From Bacillales bacterium (lineage in GTDB: Bacteria > Bacillota > Bacilli > JARBTR01): DNA of 64,000 nt. A model generated the notes under the pieces. That model was not told where the DNA came from and did no database searches. It saw only the letters and a list, made by a program, of their open reading frames with translations. The translations under genes and the position numbers were made by a program. The stretch covers positions 6,719-70,718 of the forward strand of contig JAVBKE010000140.1 of NCBI GenBank assembly GCA_031554185.1, written 5' to 3'. Of this stretch, positions 57,875-64,000 are shown one piece after another (positions within the stretch are counted from its first letter, which is position 1; each line of letters starts with the position of its first letter).

Positions 57875-58582
57875 TCAAATTGATTTTGCAGCAGTTTCTA
57901 ACGCCACTTCAATCATTTCATTAAAAGTTGTTTGTCTTTCTTCACTCGATGTCGCTTCACCCGTTAAGATGTGATCACTGACAGTTAGGATAGACAGTGC
58001 CTTACGACCGTATTTAGCAGCTAAAGTATATAATGCCGTTGTCTCCATTTCGACTGCTAGTACACCATATTTAGCCCACAGTTCGTAGTTTGCTTTATCA
58101 CTATAAAACATGTCGGCCGTAAAAATATTACCTACTTTGAGCTTTAGCCCCTTTTCTGTTCCTAAATCGTACGCCTCTTTTAAAAGCTCAAAATCAGCAC
58201 ATGGCGCATAATCAATACCAGCGAATTGAATCTGGTTCATTTTAGAGTCAGTTGATGAGGTCATCGCTAATAATACATCACGTACCTTTACATCTTTCTG
58301 AATCGCGCCACATGTCCCGATGCGAATCAATGTTTTCACATCATAAGAATCCATCAGTTCATTAATATAAATTGAAATCGATGGGACCCCCATGCCTGTA
58401 CCTTGTACAGAAATACGCTTTCCTTTATACGTACCTGTGTAACCAAACATGTTTCTTACATCATTATAAAGCACTGCATCCTCTAGAAAATTTTCTGCAA
58501 TGTATTTTGCTCGTAATGGATCTCCTGGTAAAAGCACTGCTTCTGCAATATCACCTTTTTTTGCTCCAATATGTATGCTCAC
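57875..58582 (-). CDS. deoD: Purine nucleoside phosphorylase DeoD type
   Basis: [30 protein letters not shown]...RIGTCGA; 235 aa; GTG start after AAAGGAAG. Confidence 0.95.
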   Translation of the reverse strand: MSIHIGAKKGDIAEAVLLPGDPLRAKYIAENFLEDAVLYNDVRNMFGYTGTYKGKRISVQGTGMGVPSISIYINELMDSYDVKTLIRIGTCGAIQKDVKVRDVLLAMTSSTDSKMNQIQFAGIDYAPCADFELLKEAYDLGTEKGLKLKVGNIFTADMFYSDKANYELWAKYGVLAVEMETTALYTLAAKYGRKALSILTVSDHILTGEATSSEERQTTFNEMIEVALETAAKSI

Positions 58583-58644
58583 TATACTACTTCCTTTCTC
58601 GTCCTATTACAAATATTCGTCCTTATTCTAACACATCCATTATA

Positions 58645-58678
58645 AAAACAAAAACCACAATCTTGAGTTGATTGTGGT
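58645..58678 (-). terminator. Intrinsic terminator after the 234-aa hypothetical gene
   Basis: On the minus strand: ACCACAATC aactcaa GATTGTGGT followed by TTTTGTTTTT. Confidence 0.75.
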
Positions 58679-58685
58679 CCTAGAC

Positions 58686-59390
58686 TTATATTTGTGAGTT
58701 TGTGTTCGTTTCCGTTAATGTCTTTAGCTTTTTTACAATCATTTTCAGTACTTTATCAAACTCTTCATCGCCAAATTGATTTTTTAAATGACGATAATCT
58801 GTGTAGAGATCAAGTAATTGATCGATCTTATCTTTTTTTTGTGCATCAGTTAATTGCTTGACTATGATTTCCTTGGTAACTGGTTTTTTCTTACGGCCAA
58901 GCTGTTTATTGCCACTGCTTTTGCCACCAATGTTGCTGTCTTGTTTCTTTAAATACCGTTCAGCATCTTTTGCCTCAGCGATTAATATCATTTCATCTTC
59001 CGCACATTCAAGCCAGTCACCATCAGAAGTGCGGGCAAGCTCATAGATGACATCCTCCCATGATTCATCCTTATAGCGCCAGATTTCCGTACGGAAGCCA
59101 ATTACTTTATAAAGCGCACTTCCTGTGTTAGGAACCTGAACAAGGTCACCAAAAAAGAATTTATAATCGATATTAATCTGTTCGTAATCAAAATCTTTTC
59201 CATTAAACTCATCCAGATGCATAAGCGATGACTCAAGATAAAAACCATCATTTCCATCAATCTCGTACACATATGAATGCTCTAACTCTTTAAATTTTGT
59301 GATCTCACCGACCACACCATAAAGCACCATGACTACAATGTCACCAATTTGAAACTTCGGTTTTTTCCGCTTACTCACGTTCCCCCACAC
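58686..59390 (-). CDS. Hypothetical protein with two SH3/Tudor-like repeats, a basic linker and an IDEAL-like C-terminal helix
   Basis: KFQIGDIVVMV...YVYEI and KFFFGDLVQVP...YKVIGF repeats. C-terminus reads KIDQLLDLYTDYRHLKNQFGDEEF. No family recognised. Confidence 0.6.
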   Translation of the reverse strand: MWGNVSKRKKPKFQIGDIVVMVLYGVVGEITKFKELEHSYVYEIDGNDGFYLESSLMHLDEFNGKDFDYEQINIDYKFFFGDLVQVPNTGSALYKVIGFRTEIWRYKDESWEDVIYELARTSDGDWLECAEDEMILIAEAKDAERYLKKQDSNIGGKSSGNKQLGRKKKPVTKEIIVKQLTDAQKKDKIDQLLDLYTDYRHLKNQFGDEEFDKVLKMIVKKLKTLTETNTNSQI

Positions 59391-59547
59391 CCTTAAAAGC
59401 AGAAAAGTTTTCTACATACTATGCAAAAAGGAATTTGGAGGAACATGACAGACGCCTTTCTAGATCTAAGCTATCCTTAGAAGCAGGAAATTCATTGAAG
59501 GAATCGATTAAAGAATTCCATTGGGACACACTTTCGATATCAAATCC

Positions 59548-60201
59548 TTATTTTCTTTTCACTTTATTTCTTTTTTTGTAATCTCGGCAAACGTTTTGTA
59601 ATTGGCAACTTTCACATTGTGGATTTTGTGCTTTGCAATGATAGCGTCCAAAGAAAATGAGCAAATGATGTGTCGTCGACCAATCTGTTTCAGGAATTTT
59701 TCTCATCAAACTTTTTTCGACCTCAAGAACTGAGGCGTCAACTTTACAAAATCCGAGCCGCTTACTAACTCGCTCAACATGCGTATCTACCGCAATAGCA
59801 GGTTTTCCAAAAGCAACTGACATGACAACATTGGCTGTTTTTCGTCCAACACCGGGTAGTTTGATTAAATCCTCCATTAAATTTGGTACTTCTCCACCAA
59901 AATCTTGGTGAATCATTTCCGTCAATTGCTTTATAAATTTCGCCTTATTTCGATAAAGCCCAATTTGTCTTATAGCTACTTCAACATCTTCTAATGGCGC
60001 CTCTAAATAATCATTTAGTGCTGGATATGTTTCGAATAGCTTCGGGGTTACCCGGTTCACCAAAGCATCCGTACACTGAGCCGAAAGGACAACCGCAATC
60101 ACAAGTTCAAGATGATTGCTATGGTTTAATTCACAATGCGCATCAGGGAACATCTCTGCCATGACGTCTAACGTTTCGGAAATTTGTTTTTTAGATAACA
60201 T
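59548..60201 (-). CDS. nth: Endonuclease III
   Basis: HhH-GPD motif (LIKLPGVGRKTANVV) and a 4Fe-4S ligand pattern C-X6-C-X2-C-X5-C (CKAQNPQCESCQLQNVC). Confidence 0.9.
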   Translation of the reverse strand: MLSKKQISETLDVMAEMFPDAHCELNHSNHLELVIAVVLSAQCTDALVNRVTPKLFETYPALNDYLEAPLEDVEVAIRQIGLYRNKAKFIKQLTEMIHQDFGGEVPNLMEDLIKLPGVGRKTANVVMSVAFGKPAIAVDTHVERVSKRLGFCKVDASVLEVEKSLMRKIPETDWSTTHHLLIFFGRYHCKAQNPQCESCQLQNVCRDYKKRNKVKRK

Positions 60202-60239
60202 CACATACTCCTTTACGGGAAATTTTTATCATGCCCATC

Positions 60240-60932
60240 TTACTCTTCGAGCCAATTATATAACCTCATACTTTTGACAGGCATCTCTTTGACAGGCGCT
60301 TGAGGTGATTTCTTATAGCCATGAAATTTCTCACTATGAGCCCGTGCCTGTTCCACTGTTTTAATACCACGTTGCTTCCAGTCATAGAGAATCCGCTCAA
60401 TATAGCGAAAATTAAATGCAGAAGAAATGACTGCTTCCTTTAATGCCAGCTTGATCAACGCTGGGTCCATCTTATCTAAATCAAGCCACTGCGAAAGCGT
60501 TTCTACTTCAAATGGTGTCAGTGGTCGACCAAATTCTTGCTCAAAAATTGGATAAAGATTTTCTTCTACTGGTTGCTGTGCCTTCTTTTCATTCTGTAGA
60601 TGCGTTGCAAATGAGAATGCGATTTTATCGTAAAGAGGGGATATATCGTAACTTTCATGATGGGTTCCTTCTTCAGAATCAAATGTTGCTATACTAATGC
60701 ATCCGGCTTTGATTAGCTCAAATAAGATTTCTTTGCATTCTTTTTCTGATAACGTCATTTTCTTTGAAAATTCTTTTGGCGTTGGAAATAGATTACCAGA
60801 TTGATTAAAATGGATTAAATGAATCAAGAGCATAAAACTCTGATCCGTAAGCCCCATTTCTTTATAGTGATCCAACAAATAACTAGGCAACACAAGTTGC
60901 GACCGTTTCATCCAATTTGTCAGTTTTTTCAT
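60240..60932 (-). CDS. dnaD: Replication initiation/membrane attachment protein DnaD
   Basis: DnaD N-terminal wHTH and C-terminal DnaD-like domain (YPIFEQEFGRPLTPFEVETLSQWL...YIERILYDW). nth-dnaD-asnS-aspB synteny. Confidence 0.85.
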   Translation of the reverse strand: MKKLTNWMKRSQLVLPSYLLDHYKEMGLTDQSFMLLIHLIHFNQSGNLFPTPKEFSKKMTLSEKECKEILFELIKAGCISIATFDSEEGTHHESYDISPLYDKIAFSFATHLQNEKKAQQPVEENLYPIFEQEFGRPLTPFEVETLSQWLDLDKMDPALIKLALKEAVISSAFNFRYIERILYDWKQRGIKTVEQARAHSEKFHGYKKSPQAPVKEMPVKSMRLYNWLEE

Positions 60933-61002
60933 TCAAAACACCTCGTAAAATATTATATCATGAGTCCTATAACAAAATAGCCACTTACTATATTTTTTCC
61001 AA

Positions 61003-61048
61003 GAAAAAAACCATGCAGGTAATGGAAGCCCATTTCTCTGCATGGTTT
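61003..61048 (-). terminator. Intrinsic terminator after asnS
   Basis: ACCATGCAG ... CTGCATGGT with a flanking A7 run (T7 on the minus strand). Confidence 0.75.
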
Positions 61049-61065
61049 AATTTTTGACAAACCTT

Positions 61066-62439
61066 CTAGAATTCGCAATTCATTGGTGTTCTAGGGAACG
61101 GAGACACATCCCTAATATTCTCCATACCACTTAGGAACATCAATAGTCGCTCAAAACCAATACCGAAACCTGAGTGGTCGCAGCTACCAAACTTACGTAA
61201 GTTTAGATACCAATCTAGATCTCCAGCCGGAACGTTCATCTGCGTCATTCTAGCAAGTAGTTCATCATATCTTGCTTCCCTTTGACTACCACCCATTAGC
61301 TCACCAGAACCAGGAACTAGAACATCAACAGCTGCTACTGTTTCATTATCATCGTTTAGCTTCATATAAAATGCTTTAATATCTTTCGGCCAGTCATAAA
61401 CAAATACTGCGGAACCAAAATGTTTTTCAGTTAGGTATTTTTCGTGCTCAGTAGCTAAGTCTTCGCCGAAACCAGGCGTAAACTCGAACTTGACCTTCGC
61501 ATCGAGCAATATTTGTACAGCTTCTTTATGCGTGATTCGGGCAATTTTTGATGCGACAAGGCTTTTATGCTTCTCAAGTAAATCCACTTTATTATAGGTG
61601 CTGAGGAAAGTTAATTCTTTCTCACACTTTTCGCAAACTCTCGTGACTACATATTTTAAAAACGCTTCTTGGATATCCATTAGCTCGTTCAGGTCACAGA
61701 AAGCAATTTCCGGTTCCATCATCCAAAACTCGGCTAGATGTGTCTTTGTATTTGAGTTTTCTGCTCTAAAAATCGGCGCAAATGTGTAGATTTTCTTGAA
61801 TGCCATTGCAAACGCTTCGCCTTCAAGTTGCCCAGTTACCGCAAGTGACGCATGTTTTCCAAAGAAATCATCTGCATAGTTTAACTTGCTGCCTCCTGTG
61901 ACATCAAGTGAAGTTACGGTAAACGCTTCACCAGCGCCTTCACCGTCATTAGTTGTCAGTGCAGGGGCATTCAAATAAATATAGTCGCGTTCTTGAAAAT
62001 ATTCATGGATTGCCATTGCTGCAACACTCCGCAAGCGAAAAACAGCTTGGAATAACTTTGAGCGTGGACGAAGATATGCAATTTCACGTAAGAACTCTAG
62101 CGAATGTTTCTTTGGCTGTAAAGGATAGTTGTCTGGTGAGGCACCGATCAAATGAATCTCACTAGCAACAATTTCTAGCTGGTTATTGTAGTCAGAAATA
62201 ATTAATTTTCCAACGACTGAGATAGAAGCACCCACACGATAACCATTAATCTCCTCAAAAACTGGCAAAGAATCATCATAGGTTACCTGAATACTATCGA
62301 AAACTGTTCCATCAAAAAAATCAATAAATGCAATTGCTTTTTGTTTACGATGGTTGCGAATCCAGCCCTTGAGAAGCACTTCTTCGCCTAAATCAACACA
62401 TCTTTCTGTAAAAATATCACGTAAATCAATCTTTTTCAA
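61066..62439 (-). CDS. asnS: Asparagine--tRNA ligase (long form, 457 aa)
   Basis: Class IIb motifs (FRAENSNT, GGSQRE, GFGIGFERL). The N-terminal domain resembles the E. coli-type AsnRS I recall more than the roughly 430-aa B. subtilis type. TTG start 8 nt after AAGGGGG. Confidence 0.95.
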   Translation of the reverse strand: MKKIDLRDIFTERCVDLGEEVLLKGWIRNHRKQKAIAFIDFFDGTVFDSIQVTYDDSLPVFEEINGYRVGASISVVGKLIISDYNNQLEIVASEIHLIGASPDNYPLQPKKHSLEFLREIAYLRPRSKLFQAVFRLRSVAAMAIHEYFQERDYIYLNAPALTTNDGEGAGEAFTVTSLDVTGGSKLNYADDFFGKHASLAVTGQLEGEAFAMAFKKIYTFAPIFRAENSNTKTHLAEFWMMEPEIAFCDLNELMDIQEAFLKYVVTRVCEKCEKELTFLSTYNKVDLLEKHKSLVASKIARITHKEAVQILLDAKVKFEFTPGFGEDLATEHEKYLTEKHFGSAVFVYDWPKDIKAFYMKLNDDNETVAAVDVLVPGSGELMGGSQREARYDELLARMTQMNVPAGDLDWYLNLRKFGSCDHSGFGIGFERLLMFLSGMENIRDVSPFPRTPMNCEF

Positions 62440-62825
62440 AAGTAGCGCCCCCTTGTTGTTAGATAAACTTAGTTTATCAGTTAACTGTTTTTTAAAAATA
62501 ATACCTCATTATCAATGAAATAGCTAGCGCATGTCTGAAAAAGATTCACGAAAGCTTTTTGAATAATTTTTCAACTATATTTATCGAAAAAAGTCTTAAA
62601 TATTCCCGATATTCGCGGTTTTTACTCTGCACTATTCAAAAATCCTTGTCAAATCCGCTCATAAATCTTTTTCAAATACACCCTAGATTTGTTCGAAAGT
62701 GTTCTTATGAATGGATCAAAAAAGAAGTAGCAAACGATTATTTCGGAATCACCCCAGGTGATCTAACTATTTCTATGATGATCTTTTTCCATGTTAATAG
62801 GCCCTTTCACAATAAGCTTTTATAC

Positions 62826-62863
62826 AAAAACTGAGTCCTCCCCCTTCGAGAAGTTCTCAGTTT
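62826..62863 (-). terminator. Intrinsic terminator after aspB
   Basis: On the minus strand: AACTGAG ... CTCAGTT followed by TTTTG. Confidence 0.6.
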
Positions 62864-62904
62864 CCTTCAAACTAATATATCGTTATTCCATTTAGCCTCA
62901 TCAG

Positions 62905-64000
62905 CTACGTGCTACGTGTAGCAAGCTTTTCTTCAATGAAGGCACTCATTCGCTCTATTCCCTCAGTTAACGACTCAAGAGCTGTTGCGTAGGAAATACG
63001 AATATGATTTGGCGCGCCGAATCCACTTCCTGGAATAACTGCAACATACTTTTCCGCTAACAACGCGCTAGCAAAAACATCTGCGTCTTCATAACCACAC
63101 TTTTCCAATATCTGCGACAAATCCACCCAAAAATAGAAAGCACCAGCCGGTTCCGCACATTTGCAAAATGGCAGTTTTGATAACAACGCATACGCAGCAG
63201 TGTTACGTTCTGCGAACGCCTGCCTCATCGTCGAAACAGATTCCTGCGGTCCATTATAAGCAGCAATTGCTCCGTACTGAGCATTGGTATTCGGATTCGA
63301 TGTTGTATGACTTGCGACATTCTCCATTGCTTTAATTAAACGCTGATCTCCTGCCGCATAACCAATCCGCCAGCCAGTCATCGCATGAGATTTAGAAAGC
63401 CCGTTGACAACAATGGTACACGCTTTTAATTCAGCTGATAACTGGGCAATTGAAACAAATTCTGCCTCGCCATAAATCAATTTTTCATAAATCTCATCAG
63501 AAATAATTGTGATGTTGTGCGCTAAACAAACGGCTCCTAGCGCAACTAGCTCCGCTTCACTATAGACCATTCCGCTTGGATTATTTGGTGAGTTAATAAT
63601 CACTGCTTTTGTCCGACTCGTCACTGCTTGTTGCAACGCTTCAGCAGTTAATTTATATTGATCTTCTTCCTTGGTGTCAACCATCACCGCTATTCCGCCA
63701 GCTAACTTAACCTGCTCAGGATAACTAACCCAATAAGGCACTGGGATAACGACTTCATCCTCATCATCTAATAACCCTTGGAAAATCATCGACAACACCT
63801 GTTTTGCACCAACACCAACAATAATTTCTGATCTTTCATATGATAAATTCTGATCTCGCTTTAATTTATCTATAATGGCATCCTTGAGTCCAGCGACGCC
63901 ACCAGAAGGCGTATATTTGGTTAATCCTTGCTTCATTGATAAATAGGCAGCTTCAATGATATGATCTGGGGTATTAAAATCTGGCTCACCTGCACCAAGT
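62905..64000 (-). CDS. aspB: Aspartate aminotransferase (class I), 5' end beyond the window
   Basis: The frame stays open to nt 63999 (LGAGEPDFNTPDHIIEAAYLSMKQG...). PLP-lysine context SKSHAMTGWRIGY. Confidence 0.9.
   Translation of the reverse strand, partial: LGAGEPDFNTPDHIIEAAYLSMKQGLTKYTPSGGVAGLKDAIIDKLKRDQNLSYERSEIIVGVGAKQVLSMIFQGLLDDEDEVVIPVPYWVSYPEQVKLAGGIAVMVDTKEEDQYKLTAEALQQAVTSRTKAVIINSPNNPSGMVYSEAELVALGAVCLAHNITIISDEIYEKLIYGEAEFVSIAQLSAELKACTIVVNGLSKSHAMTGWRIGYAAGDQRLIKAMENVASHTTSNPNTNAQYGAIAAYNGPQESVSTMRQAFAERNTAAYALLSKLPFCKCAEPAGAFYFWVDLSQILEKCGYEDADVFASALLAEKYVAVIPGSGFGAPNHIRISYATALESLTEGIERMSAFIEEKLATRST

Noticed and set aside
62559-62834. 91-aa plus-strand ORF between asnS and aspB
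   Set aside because: It has a TTG start without an SD, odd composition, runs through the aspB terminator, and matches no family.
62440-62904. T-box riboswitch upstream of asnS
   Set aside because: Only an ACCGCG fragment is present. There is no GGTGG, no specifier loop with AAC, and no terminator/antiterminator pair.

Overview
Chromosomal window from a low-GC, Bacillaceae-like spore-forming Firmicute, with about 60 protein genes. I found no rRNA, tRNA, CRISPR array, transposase, integrase or phage genes. There are three blocks with Bacillus-type housekeeping synteny. (i) 1-22 kb, plus strand: rluB, resBCDE, ppaC, ansA, sleB-ypeB, cmk, plsC, rpsA, yphA/YIEGIA trio, der, gpsA. (ii) 22-37 kb, plus strand: polC, rimP, nusA, ylxR, ylxQ, infB, rbfA, truB, ribF, rpsO, pnp. 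(iii) 55-64 kb, minus strand: aspB, asnS, dnaD, nth, a hypothetical gene, deoD, ldcB-like, ctp, marR. An accessory stretch at 37-55 kb lies between blocks ii and iii. It carries an arginine deiminase (ADI) cluster, PadR-DUF2785, cvfB, bioY with a BirA operator, a dapF-like/PAP2/selU operon, a MATE pump, an Hsp20-like gene and dtpT. The most notable observations follow. pnp is split by a single in-frame TAA where homologues have Glu. The ADI cluster has no carbamate kinase gene and instead has a fold-type-II PLP enzyme tightly coupled to arcD, behind an internal terminator. A DapF-family gene, a PAP2 phosphatase and tRNA 2-selenouridine synthase form a tightly coupled operon. A multiply frameshifted internalin-like LRR gene sits at the left edge. 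IF2 and SleB carry large low-complexity repeat expansions. Several small ORFs and palindromes are not in the ORF track. I did not find a convincing self-contained novel multi-gene system such as a defence-like or secretion-like module. The ADI variant and the selU operon are the best candidates, and both are hypotheses that need comparative genomics. Family assignments come from motifs read by eye and remembered homologue sequences. No searches were run.
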